Shown here: positions 42,092 to 51,340 of the stretch, piece by piece | How the letters are laid out: every line of letters begins with the position of its first letter | How positions within the stretch are numbered: position 1 is the first letter of the stretch | From: an uncultured Pelagibacteraceae bacterium | Lineage (GTDB): Bacteria; Pseudomonadota; Alphaproteobacteria; Pelagibacterales; Pelagibacteraceae | Assembly: GCA_902561075.1 (NCBI GenBank) | Contig: CACEOC010000002.1 | Span: forward strand, 11,283-75,282 | Direction of reading: 5' to 3' | Length of the DNA stretch: 64,000 bases | Notes under the pieces: generated by a model | What the model was told of the DNA's origin: nothing | Seen by the model: only the letters and a program-made list of their open reading frames with translations | Database searches by the model: none | Program-made: the position numbers and the translations under genes

Positions 42092-43243
42092 ATGAAAACT
42101 GGTATTAAATTAATCTTTTCTATACTTTTAATTTTAAATTTTAATTTTAAAGCATTATCAGCAGAAAAAATTAAAATTGGCTTATTGATTCCACTTACAG
42201 GAGAATATGGTAAAATTGGCCATTCAGTTATAAATTCAGTAAGATTAGCTTTAAATTCAATAAATGATAATAGAATTGAAATTCTTCCTAGAGACACTAG
42301 AGCTGATCCATCGACAACTTTAAAAATTGCTAAAGAGTTATATGAAGTTAATGGTGTAAAAATTATAATTGGTCCACTCTTTAGTTCAAGTACAGAATAT
42401 TTAAGTGAAATACCTGAAGTTACATTTTTATCCTTAACAAATAAGCTAACAGATACTCCTACAAATGTAATAAGTACAGGTGTAAATTCAATATCTCAAC
42501 TTAATGCTATTAAAAAGTTTCAGAAGTCAAAAAATTTAGAAAGAACTATTTTTTTAATTCCTGATTCAAACTTTAAAATTGAAATAGAGAAGGCTCTTTC
42601 AAAAACAAAAATTAAATTAAAAGATAAATTTTTATACGATACAGATCCAACTTTATTGACAGCTCAAATTGAAAAAATAACTAGATATCCTCAAAGAAAG
42701 CAAAATCTATTAGACGAAATAGAAAGAGTAGAAAATTCAATCGACACAAATAAAGAAAAAAAAATCGAGAACTTAAAAAAAAGAGATACCATAGGAGGAA
42801 TAAATTTTGATTCTGTTGTAATTGCAGACTTTGACGAAAATTTTAAGAGTGTCGCAACTTCTTTATTATATACTGATGTTTCTTCGAAAAGAGTACTCTA
42901 CATTAACTTAAATAATTGGTTTGATGAAAGTTTATTAGAAGAAAGCTCCTTACATCCAATTTATTTTCCTTCAGTAGACAAAAAAAATTATGATACATTT
43001 AATAGTGATTATAAAAAATCTTATGGAAAAGCAGCTAACCAAATTTCTTTTTTAAGTTATGATATTATGGGGCTTATATATTATCTAATATATAAAAATG
43101 ATTTTATAATTTCAAATAAGATGTTTTCTGAAAATAATATTTTTAAAGGAAAAACTGGAGTTTTTCAAATTAACAATAGAAACATAACACATGAACTAAG
43201 TTTTTATTCAATAGAAAATAAAGAATTTATAAAAATTTTTTAA
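42092..43243 (+). CDS. LppC/LpoA-like periplasmic binding-fold protein
   Basis: Signal peptide, KIGLLIPLTG, IIIGPLFS; divergent from rsmI as in other proteobacteria. Confidence 0.7.
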   Translation: MKTGIKLIFSILLILNFNFKALSAEKIKIGLLIPLTGEYGKIGHSVINSVRLALNSINDNRIEILPRDTRADPSTTLKIAKELYEVNGVKIIIGPLFSSSTEYLSEIPEVTFLSLTNKLTDTPTNVISTGVNSISQLNAIKKFQKSKNLERTIFLIPDSNFKIEIEKALSKTKIKLKDKFLYDTDPTLLTAQIEKITRYPQRKQNLLDEIERVENSIDTNKEKKIENLKKRDTIGGINFDSVVIADFDENFKSVATSLLYTDVSSKRVLYINLNNWFDESLLEESSLHPIYFPSVDKKNYDTFNSDYKKSYGKAANQISFLSYDIMGLIYYLIYKNDFIISNKMFSENNIFKGKTGVFQINNRNITHELSFYSIENKEFIKIF

Positions 43244-43829
43244 TTTTTTTAAATGCCATCGCTCTATGATCTATTTTATATTTTTTTGATTTGCCCATTT
43301 GAGCAAATGTTAAATTATAACCTTTTGGGATAAATATGGGATCATAACCAAAACCATTTTTCCCTAATTTTGTCTTAGAAAGTTTTCCATTGATTATGCC
43401 TAAAGATTGTATTGGTTTTTTTTTTAATCCGAATATAGTTAATGCACAAATAAATTTTGCAGATACTTTTTTTTTCCTCCAATTTTTATCTTTTTTTTCG
43501 AGCTTTGAATAAATTTTTGAAATAGCTAAATTAAAGTCGTTTTTTTTCCCTCCCCATCTTGCAGAATAAATCCCTGGTTGATTATTTAATATGCTAATTT
43601 CTAAACCTGAATCATCGGCTATACAGATTTTTCCTGTTTTTTTGGAAAAATGTTTGGCTTTAATAAGTGAATTTTTAAGAAAAGTTTTCCCATTTTCTTT
43701 AGGGCTTTTTAATTTGTAATCTTTAGGTGAAGAAATCTTGTAAGATTTTGGCAATAAATCCTTAATTTCCCTTAGTTTTCCATTATTATTTGTCCCAATT
43801 ACAATTTCTTTATATTTTTTTTTTAACAT
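43227..43829 (-). CDS. rdgB: Non-canonical purine NTP pyrophosphatase
   Basis: TNNNGKLRE, ADDSGL, PGIYSARW, GFGYDPIF, HR. Confidence 0.96.
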   Translation of the reverse strand: MLKKKYKEIVIGTNNNGKLREIKDLLPKSYKISSPKDYKLKSPKENGKTFLKNSLIKAKHFSKKTGKICIADDSGLEISILNNQPGIYSARWGGKKNDFNLAISKIYSKLEKKDKNWRKKKVSAKFICALTIFGLKKKPIQSLGIINGKLSKTKLGKNGFGYDPIFIPKGYNLTFAQMGKSKKYKIDHRAMAFKKIKKFL

Positions 43830-43865
43830 CTAGAATTTTTGATTTTCCTTACCATATAAAACCTT

Positions 43866-44492
43866 ATGGAAAAAGAAGAAACACATAACTTAGATGCTAC
43901 AAAAGAAAATCAAGACAAAAGTAATGATACTGAGAATATATCAAATGAAGAAATAAAAGATGATGATAAAGATGCTCAGATATCCGCTGAAGAAGAGATT
44001 ATATCTTTAAAAGATAAAGTAAACAGAATTTACGCAGAAAGTGAAAACCAAAGAAGAAGGTTTGAAAAAGAAAAAGAAGAAGCTTTTGAGTACGGCGGTT
44101 TTTCTTTCGCAAAAGAAACCCTTAATCTTTTAGATAATTTAGAAAGATCAAAAATTTCACTTGAGAACGATGAGACTTTAAAAAATACTCCAGGAATAAA
44201 AAAACTAATAGATCATATCGATATAATAAATAATGATATGATATCAATTTTTAAAAAAAATAATATTGAACCAATTAAAGCTATTGGACAAAAATTAGAT
44301 CCAAATATTCACCAAGCAATGATGGAAGTCGAAGATGATGAAAAGGAACAAGGTACGATTGTTCAAGAAATTCAAAAGGGTTTTATGATGAAAGACAGAT
44401 TGCTTAGACCATCTTTAGTAGGGGTATCAAAAAAAAAACTAAAAAAAGATGAAAAAAGCCAACAAAATCAAGAGAAAAAGGAGAAAAATTAA
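43866..44492 (+). CDS. grpE: Nucleotide exchange factor
   Basis: AESENQRRR, DPNIHQAM, GFMMKDRLLRPSLV. Confidence 0.97.
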   Translation: MEKEETHNLDATKENQDKSNDTENISNEEIKDDDKDAQISAEEEIISLKDKVNRIYAESENQRRRFEKEKEEAFEYGGFSFAKETLNLLDNLERSKISLENDETLKNTPGIKKLIDHIDIINNDMISIFKKNNIEPIKAIGQKLDPNIHQAMMEVEDDEKEQGTIVQEIQKGFMMKDRLLRPSLVGVSKKKLKKDEKSQQNQEKKEKN

Positions 44493-44504
44493 TTTATAGA
44501 TAAG

Positions 44505-44532
44505 GTTGTAGTTGTAAAATTAACACTTATAT
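44505..44532 (+). promoter_or_regulatory. Putative RpoH-type promoter of dnaK
   Basis: GTTG-17 nt-CTTATAT, close to alphaproteobacterial heat-shock consensus CTTG-N17/18-CYTATNT. Confidence 0.5.
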
Positions 44533-44553
44533 GAAGATTAATTATATATATTT

Positions 44554-46476
44554 ATGAGCAAAGTAATTGGAATAGACTTAGGAACGACAAATTCATGTGT
44601 AGCAATAATGGAAGGTACACAGGCTAAAGTATTGGAAAATGCGGAAGGTGCAAGAACTACGCCATCTGTTGTAGCATTTACAGATAACGATGAAAAGTTG
44701 ATAGGACAACCTGCTAAAAGACAAGCAGTAACTAATCCAGAAAATACAATTTTTGCCGTAAAGAGACTTATCGGCAGAAATTTTGATGATCCTTCAGTTA
44801 AAAAAGATGTTGAGACTTCACCTTTTAAAATTGTTAATTCAGATAAAGGTGATGCTTGGATTGAAGCGAAAGGCCAAAAATATTCTCCATCACAAATTTC
44901 TGCATTTACTTTACAAAAAATGAAAGAAACAGCAGAAAAGTATTTAGGTTCAGAAGTTAAACAAGCTGTTATCACCGTACCTGCATATTTTAATGATGCT
45001 CAAAGACAAGCTACTAAAGATGCTGGTAAAATTGCAGGATTAGAAGTTTTAAGAATTATTAATGAACCTACCGCTGCATCATTAGCCTATGGCTTAGACA
45101 AGAAAGCTAATAAAAAAATTGCAGTTTATGATTTAGGTGGAGGAACTTTCGACGTTTCAATACTTGAACTTGGTGATGGTGTTTTTGAAGTGAAATCAAC
45201 AAATGGCGACACTTTCCTTGGCGGAGAGGATTTTGATAACACTATTGTAGAGTATTTATTAGCAGAATTTAAAAAAGAAAATGGTATAGATTTAAAATCT
45301 GATAAATTAGCATTGCAAAGGCTTAAAGAGGCAGCTGAGAAAGCAAAAATTGAATTATCATCAGCAACACAAACAGAAATAAACTTACCTTTCATAACAG
45401 CAGATAAAACAGGGCCTAAACATATTAATTTAAAAATGACTAGAGCAAAACTTGAGGCTTTAGTTGAGGATTTGATCTCAAGAACCCTACCACCTTGTAA
45501 AACAGCTTTAAAGGATGCAGGACTGTCTGCTAACGAAGTTGATGAAATTGTTTTAGTCGGTGGAATGACTAGAATGCCAAAAGTTATTGAAGAAGTAAAA
45601 AATTTTTTTGGTAAAGAACCAAATAAATCTGTAAATCCCGATGAAGTTGTCGCTATGGGTGCTGCAATACAAGCAGGCGTGTTACAAGGTGATGTAAAAG
45701 ATGTATTGCTTCTTGACGTTACACCTTTGTCTCTAGGAATTGAGACTTTAGGCGGAGTCTCTACAAAATTAATTGATAAAAATACAACGATCCCAACTAA
45801 AAAAAGTCAGGTATTTTCCACAGCAGAAGATAATCAACCAGCCGTATCAATAAGAGTTCTACAAGGGGAAAGAGAAATGGCATCTGATAACAAAATTTTG
45901 GGAAATTTTGAATTAGTAGGTATTGCCCCTGCGCCTAGAGGTGTTCCACAAATTGAAGTAACTTTCGATATAGATGCTAATGGTATAGTAAATGTATCTG
46001 CTAAGGATAAAGGAACTGGTAAAGAACAAAAAATCCAAATACAAGCATCTGGAGGTTTAAGTGAAGAAGAAATTAGTCAAATGGTTAAAGATGCAGAGTC
46101 TAATAAAGAAGCTGATAAGAAAAAAAGAGAAGCAGTAGATGCAAGAAATCAAGCAGATACTTTATTACATTCAACAGAAAAAAATTTAAAAGATCATGGG
46201 TCAAAAGTTTCTGATGCAGATAAAAAAGCTATCGAAACAGCGTCTGCAAATTTAAGAAATTCATTAAAAGGTACTGATGTTGAAGATATTAAAAAGAAAA
46301 CTCAAGATTTAGTTCAAGCATCAATGAAGCTTGGTGAAGCAATTTACAAATCACAACAAAATGCAAAGCCTGAAGATGCACCAAAAGAAGCAAAAAAAGA
46401 GGACAAAAAAGACGACAACGTTGTTGACGCCGACTTTGAAGAAGTAAAAGACGATAATAAGGAAAAAAGCGCCTAA
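44554..46476 (+). CDS. dnaK: Chaperone Hsp70
   Basis: [35 protein letters not shown]. Confidence 0.99.
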   Translation: MSKVIGIDLGTTNSCVAIMEGTQAKVLENAEGARTTPSVVAFTDNDEKLIGQPAKRQAVTNPENTIFAVKRLIGRNFDDPSVKKDVETSPFKIVNSDKGDAWIEAKGQKYSPSQISAFTLQKMKETAEKYLGSEVKQAVITVPAYFNDAQRQATKDAGKIAGLEVLRIINEPTAASLAYGLDKKANKKIAVYDLGGGTFDVSILELGDGVFEVKSTNGDTFLGGEDFDNTIVEYLLAEFKKENGIDLKSDKLALQRLKEAAEKAKIELSSATQTEINLPFITADKTGPKHINLKMTRAKLEALVEDLISRTLPPCKTALKDAGLSANEVDEIVLVGGMTRMPKVIEEVKNFFGKEPNKSVNPDEVVAMGAAIQAGVLQGDVKDVLLLDVTPLSLGIETLGGVSTKLIDKNTTIPTKKSQVFSTAEDNQPAVSIRVLQGEREMASDNKILGNFELVGIAPAPRGVPQIEVTFDIDANGIVNVSAKDKGTGKEQKIQIQASGGLSEEEISQMVKDAESNKEADKKKREAVDARNQADTLLHSTEKNLKDHGSKVSDADKKAIETASANLRNSLKGTDVEDIKKKTQDLVQASMKLGEAIYKSQQNAKPEDAPKEAKKEDKKDDNVVDADFEEVKDDNKEKSA

Positions 46477-46504
46477 GCTTCAACTATTTGTCTCTTAATA
46501 AGTT

Positions 46505-47632
46505 ATGGCAAAAAGAGATTATTACGATGTCTTGGGTGTTAATAAAAATTCGAGTTCAGATCAAATTAAATCAGCCTACAGAAAATTAGCAGTAAAATAT
46601 CATCCTGATAAAAATAAAGGTGATAAAGCTGCTGAAGAAAAATTTAAAGAAGCATCTGAGGCATACCACGTTTTATCCAACGATGAGAGAAAACAGAACT
46701 ATGATAACTTTGGGCATGCAGCATTTGAAAATGGTGGTGGAGCAAGGGGCGGCTTTGGTAATTTTGATTTCTCGAGTAGTTTTTCCGATATTTTTGAGGA
46801 TTTTTTTGGTGAAGGTTTTGGAGGAGGAAACAGACGTTCAAAAAGGTCAAATTATAGAGGATCTGACTTAAGATATGATTTAACCATCGATCTTGAAGAT
46901 GCTTATAGCGGAAAAAAAGAAGATATTAAATTTACCACATCAGAAAAATGTGAAAACTGCAGTGGTAGTGGATCTAAACCCGGATATGACGTTGGGAGAT
47001 GTTCTATGTGTTCTGGCCATGGCCAAGTAAGGTCTAGTCAAGGATTTTTCACTGTGCAACAGACATGTCCGCAGTGTTCTGGATCAGGGGAGGAAATTAC
47101 TAATCCATGTAATTCATGTAGTGGTCAAGGGAAAAAACAAGCATCTAAAAGATTATCTGTTACGATTCCTAAGGGGGTTGATGATGGAACAAGAATTAGA
47201 CTTGCAGGAAAAGGTGAAGCAGGCTCTAGGGGTGCGGGTAATGGTGATTTATATTTATTTATAAATGTGAATTCCCATGATTTATTTAAAAGACAAGATG
47301 AGCATTTATTTTTTGAGTGTCCTATATCAATAGCTGATGCAGCTTTAGGATCATCAATAGAAATACCGACTATTGATGGTGGCAAGGCAAAAATTAAAAT
47401 TCCTCCTGGTACTCAAAGTGGCAAACAGTTTAGGTTAAGAGGAAAAGGTATGCCACATATGAGAGGCAACAGTGTTGGTGATTTATATGTACAAGTAAAT
47501 ACGGAAGTTCCAATTTCTTTAAATAAAGAGCAAAAAGAATTGTTAGAAAAATTTCGTGAAATCGAAAACGAAAAATCTAATCCAAGTATTAAAAAGTTTT
47601 TTCAAAAAGCAAAAAGTTTTTGGAAAAACTAA
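46505..47632 (+). CDS. dnaJ: Chaperone DnaJ
   Basis: HPD J-domain, G/F region, four CxxCxGxG repeats. Confidence 0.99.
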   Translation: MAKRDYYDVLGVNKNSSSDQIKSAYRKLAVKYHPDKNKGDKAAEEKFKEASEAYHVLSNDERKQNYDNFGHAAFENGGGARGGFGNFDFSSSFSDIFEDFFGEGFGGGNRRSKRSNYRGSDLRYDLTIDLEDAYSGKKEDIKFTTSEKCENCSGSGSKPGYDVGRCSMCSGHGQVRSSQGFFTVQQTCPQCSGSGEEITNPCNSCSGQGKKQASKRLSVTIPKGVDDGTRIRLAGKGEAGSRGAGNGDLYLFINVNSHDLFKRQDEHLFFECPISIADAALGSSIEIPTIDGGKAKIKIPPGTQSGKQFRLRGKGMPHMRGNSVGDLYVQVNTEVPISLNKEQKELLEKFREIENEKSNPSIKKFFQKAKSFWKN

Positions 47633-47635
47633 TAA

Positions 47636-47806
47636 ATGGACCTAGAAAAAATTATTCCAGCAATAGCTTTAATTGCTGTTTTAATATTAGTATTACCTGG
47701 TTTCATAAAGTCTAATTCTAGAAAAAAATTATTTTTTAAAAACTTAAGTATTTGGGCTATTATTATTTTTACAGTTATGATATTTCTAACTTTAATCAAC
47801 AAATGA
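47636..47806 (+). CDS. Small two-TM membrane protein, 56 aa
   Basis: Not in ORF track; MDLEKIIPAIALIAVLILVLPGFIKSNSRKKLFFKNLSIWAIIIFTVMIFLTLINK; ATGA overlap with dapB. Confidence 0.75.
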   Translation: MDLEKIIPAIALIAVLILVLPGFIKSNSRKKLFFKNLSIWAIIIFTVMIFLTLINK

Positions 47807-48579
47807 GAAAAATAAATTTAACAATCACTGGATGTATGGGTCGAATGGGACAACAGCTAATAAAATCAGTAAATAAAGATAAAGCTGTAAAAATAAGCTC
47901 ATTAACAGAAAACTATTTGGTTAATAAGAAATTCATTGGAGTTAAACCTCAAAAAAATTCAGAAATAGCCTTTAAAAACGCAAATGTTATTATCGATTTT
48001 ACAGTGCCTAAATGTACTTTAGAAGTTTTAAAAATTGCTACAAAGTTAAAAAAAAGAGTAGTCATAGGGACTACCGGCTTTACAAAAAAAGAGGAAGATT
48101 TAATAAAAAAATATTCAAAAAAAATACCAATTTTAAAAGCTGGAAACATGAGTGTTGGTATAAATTTATTGATGTATATAACAGAAATTGCATCCAAATC
48201 TCTAGGTAAAAAATTTTTAAGTAAAGTTTTTGAGATACATCATAAACACAAGAAAGACCATCCATCAGGTACAGCATTGATGTTGGGTAAAGGAATTGCA
48301 TTAGGAAGAGGCAAAGATCTTTACAAGATAATAGGTAAAAAATATCTTAATAAAAAATCATTTCCTTATGGAAAAAATATTAATTTTAATTCAATTAGAA
48401 AAGGTGAGGTCGTTGGTGAACACGAAGTTAAATTTTCAAGCGGAAAAGAGATAATTACTCTTAATCATGAAGCATTCGATAGAGCTCTATACTCTGAGGG
48501 AGCTATAGAGGCTGCAAAATGGTTAAATACAAAAAAACCTGGTTTATATTCAATGAGAAATTTATTGAACTTTAAATAA
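47803..48579 (+). CDS. dapB: 4-hydroxy-tetrahydrodipicolinate reductase
   Basis: GCMGRMG, IDFT, GTTG, EIHHKHKKDHPSGTA; true start MRKINL. Confidence 0.97.
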   Translation: MRKINLTITGCMGRMGQQLIKSVNKDKAVKISSLTENYLVNKKFIGVKPQKNSEIAFKNANVIIDFTVPKCTLEVLKIATKLKKRVVIGTTGFTKKEEDLIKKYSKKIPILKAGNMSVGINLLMYITEIASKSLGKKFLSKVFEIHHKHKKDHPSGTALMLGKGIALGRGKDLYKIIGKKYLNKKSFPYGKNINFNSIRKGEVVGEHEVKFSSGKEIITLNHEAFDRALYSEGAIEAAKWLNTKKPGLYSMRNLLNFK

Positions 48580-49232
48580 TGAATGAAGTTCAAAGAGCAA
48601 AAATAATATTAAAAACTCTTAACAAAATATATCCAAAAACACCTGTTCCATTAAAACACAGGAATATATTTACACTTCTAATATCGGTTTTACTCTCAGC
48701 ACAATGTACAGATTTAAATGTTAATAATGTAACAAAAAATATTTATCCTAAATACAATAAACCAGAACATTTTGTAAAACTTGGTAGAAAAAAAATTGAG
48801 AGACTTATAAAAAGAATTGGAATATTTAGAGTAAAGGCAAAAAGTATTTTTTTTCTTTCAAAGACCTTGTTAAATGAATATAGAGGAAAAGTACCTAAAA
48901 CTTTCGAACAACTAGAAAAACTTCCTGGAGTTGGGCACAAGACTGCAAGTGTGGTAATGTCTCAAGGTTTTGGTTTCCCCGCATTTCCTGTAGATACCCA
49001 CATTCATCGATTAGCTCAAAGATGGGGGCTTACTTCTGGAAAAAATGTAATTCAAACTGAAAAGGATTTAAAAAGATTGTTTCCAAAAAAGTCATGGAAT
49101 AAATTACATCTTCAAATAATTTATTACGGAAGAGAATATTGTAAAGCAAGAGATTGTTACGGTATTTCTTGTAAAATCTGTACGACTTGTTATCCTAACA
49201 GAATAAAACCAATTAAAACTAAGAAAGCATAA
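48579..49232 (+). CDS. nth: Endonuclease III
   Basis: LLSAQCTD, LPGVGHKTA, VDTH, C-terminal Cys cluster. Confidence 0.96.
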   Translation: MNEVQRAKIILKTLNKIYPKTPVPLKHRNIFTLLISVLLSAQCTDLNVNNVTKNIYPKYNKPEHFVKLGRKKIERLIKRIGIFRVKAKSIFFLSKTLLNEYRGKVPKTFEQLEKLPGVGHKTASVVMSQGFGFPAFPVDTHIHRLAQRWGLTSGKNVIQTEKDLKRLFPKKSWNKLHLQIIYYGREYCKARDCYGISCKICTTCYPNRIKPIKTKKA

Positions 49233-49233
49233 T

Positions 49234-50163
49234 ATGAAAATTTTAGGAATAGGGAATGCGATTGTAGATGTTATTTGTAAAGTAGATGATGAATTTATTT
49301 CAAAAAATAATCTAACAAAAAGTACAATGAAATTAATATTTGATGATAATGAGTTTGAAAATTTGTTATCAAATTTAAAAATAGAAAAAACTGTATCGGG
49401 TGGATCAATAGCAAATTCTATTGTAGGACTTTCTCAACTTGGTAATAAAGTAGGTTTCATTGGAAAGGTTAACGATGATGAGCTTGGTAAGAAATATGAA
49501 GAAGGACTTTTAAAAGAAAAAGTAAGTTATTTTTACTCAAAAAAAAAAGAGGAACTGCCAACAGGCACATGTCTAATTTTAGTTACACCGGACTCTGAGA
49601 GAACAATGTGCACCTTTTTAGGTACAGCAGGAAAAATTAATGAAAATGATGTTGATATCGATGCAATTAATAAAAGTGAAATAATATTTTTAGAGGGATA
49701 TTTGTGGGATGAAGGGGATCCAAAAAAAGCATTTGAAAAAGCTATAACTAATGCAAATAAAGTAGCAATGTCACTCTCAGATCAATTCTGTGTGGATAGA
49801 CATAAACCTCACTTTTTAGAATTAGTAAAACGTAAATTGGATATCACTTTTGCAAATGAACAAGAGATCATGTCACTTATAGATGCAAAGGATTTTAATG
49901 AAGTAATTGATTTTGCAAAGAGTTTAGGGAAACTTCTTGTGATAACAAGAGGAGAAAAAGGTGCTATAGCTATAAATAGTTCAGAAGTAAGTGAATGTGG
50001 AATTAAACAGGGCTTAAATATTGTTGATCTAACAGGAGCAGGAGACCTTTTTGCATCTGGATTTCTTCATGGATTTGTTAACCAGATGTCGTTAAAAGAA
50101 AGTTTAGAAAAGGGTACAGAAATGTCCTCAAAGGTTATTCAGCAAATTGGGGCTAGATTATAA
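49234..50163 (+). CDS. PfkB-family kinase (adenosine kinase-like)
   Basis: GNAIVD, SGGSIAN, ERTMCTFLG, DLTGAGDLFASG. Confidence 0.9.
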   Translation: MKILGIGNAIVDVICKVDDEFISKNNLTKSTMKLIFDDNEFENLLSNLKIEKTVSGGSIANSIVGLSQLGNKVGFIGKVNDDELGKKYEEGLLKEKVSYFYSKKKEELPTGTCLILVTPDSERTMCTFLGTAGKINENDVDIDAINKSEIIFLEGYLWDEGDPKKAFEKAITNANKVAMSLSDQFCVDRHKPHFLELVKRKLDITFANEQEIMSLIDAKDFNEVIDFAKSLGKLLVITRGEKGAIAINSSEVSECGIKQGLNIVDLTGAGDLFASGFLHGFVNQMSLKESLEKGTEMSSKVIQQIGARL

Positions 50164-50281
50164 ATTTTTTTCTTTTGAAGCTGCCTTTCCCTTTTTTTGG
50201 TTTAACAATTCTTGGTTTAAATTTCGTAGTGAATAAACTTTTTGCTATTATATTTTTTTTCTTTTTATATTTTGTAACCAT
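50153..50281 (-). CDS. arfA: ArfA-like alternative ribosome-rescue factor, 42 aa
   Basis: Not in ORF track; MVTKYKKKKNIIAKSLFTTKFKPRIVKPKKGKGSFKRKKFII; ungapped match to the E. coli ArfA core as I recall it ([29 protein letters not shown]); alternative ATG at 50284. Confidence 0.8.
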   Translation of the reverse strand: MVTKYKKKKNIIAKSLFTTKFKPRIVKPKKGKGSFKRKKFII

Positions 50282-50834
50282 CATTAACACTTTTTATAAA
50301 TTGATTATCACCGAATTTTTGAGATATTTTTCTCCTCAACCTATAAATATGAGTTTCAACGGTATGGGTTTCCAAACTTGAATTATGTCCCCAAACCTCC
50401 TTTTGAAGACTAGTGATAGGCATGCTTTTATGTGAGTTATTAAGATAAACTATTACTTCTACCTCTTTTTGAGTAAGCTTTAATGATCTTTCATTTTTAA
50501 TCAACTCTCTAGAATTTATGTTTAAAGAATAATTATTAATTTTTAAGTTGGATTGACCAGAATAATTATTTTTTAATAGAGATATATTTATTTTCTCAAG
50601 AAGTGAAGTTATTTTAAATGGTTTATTTTTAATAATAAGATGATTAATCTTGATTAATTTTTTGATTTTTTTATCTGAGATTAATAAATAGTTGCTATCT
50701 TCAACATCAATAATATTATTTAGTTCCTCAATTTTTGATATTTTTATAAGGATATAATTAATTTTTTCTCTTATTTCGTATAATATATCAAATAAAGTAT
50801 TAGAATTATAAATGATTAATTTTGATTTAAACAT
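50265..50834 (-). CDS. OmpR-type winged-helix regulator, CenR-like, degenerate receiver
   Basis: LTQKE...VWGHNSSLETHTVETHIYRLRRKI...GYKI effector domain; N-terminus lacks the acidic pocket. Confidence 0.8.
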   Translation of the reverse strand: MFKSKLIIYNSNTLFDILYEIREKINYILIKISKIEELNNIIDVEDSNYLLISDKKIKKLIKINHLIIKNKPFKITSLLEKINISLLKNNYSGQSNLKINNYSLNINSRELIKNERSLKLTQKEVEVIVYLNNSHKSMPITSLQKEVWGHNSSLETHTVETHIYRLRRKISQKFGDNQFIKSVNDGYKI

Positions 50835-50848
50835 ACCTAATTAATAAT

Positions 50849-51340
50849 ATGTTATTAGTACTTAAAAATAAAGAAACATTAAAATTAGATAGTTTTTCAT
50901 TTAAATGCTGTGTTGGAAAAAAAGGATTGAATAAATTCAAAAAAGAAGGAGATGGGACAACTCCAATCGGAACATTTGGACTTGGTAATATATATTACAG
51001 AAGCGACAGGGTATCAAAACCTGTTACAAATTTTAATTGTATAAAAATAAAAAAAAATATGGGTTGGTGTGACGATCCAAGTAGTAAATTTTATAATAAA
51101 TTAATCGATATAAAATTAAGTGCTAATAAAGAAAAGATTTACCGAAAAGATAATAAATATGACTACTTTTTAGTAATTAACTATAATAGAAAAAAAATTG
51201 TTAAAAATAAAGGTAGTGCAATTTTCTTGCATTTAACAAAAAATTTTAAAAGCACTGCAGGATGCATAGGTGTATCTCAAAAGGATTTTTTGATAATTGT
51301 TAAATTATTAAAAAAAAATAGTAAAATAAAAATATCTTAG
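50849..51340 (+). CDS. L,D-transpeptidase (YkuD-fold) family protein
   Basis: KKEGDGTTPIG, WCDDP, GSAIFLH...TAGC catalytic His/Cys. Confidence 0.85.
   Translation: MLLVLKNKETLKLDSFSFKCCVGKKGLNKFKKEGDGTTPIGTFGLGNIYYRSDRVSKPVTNFNCIKIKKNMGWCDDPSSKFYNKLIDIKLSANKEKIYRKDNKYDYFLVINYNRKKIVKNKGSAIFLHLTKNFKSTAGCIGVSQKDFLIIVKLLKKNSKIKIS

Noticed and set aside
47752-47802. N-terminal extensions in the track for dapB, ubiB (9297) and tsaB (33140)
   Set aside because: They overlap neighbouring genes and lack family similarity; downstream ATGs match the expected N-termini
50175-50381. 68-aa hydrophobic plus-strand ORF
   Set aside because: It is the antisense shadow of the ArfA-like ORF and regulator end, which carry the recognisable motifs
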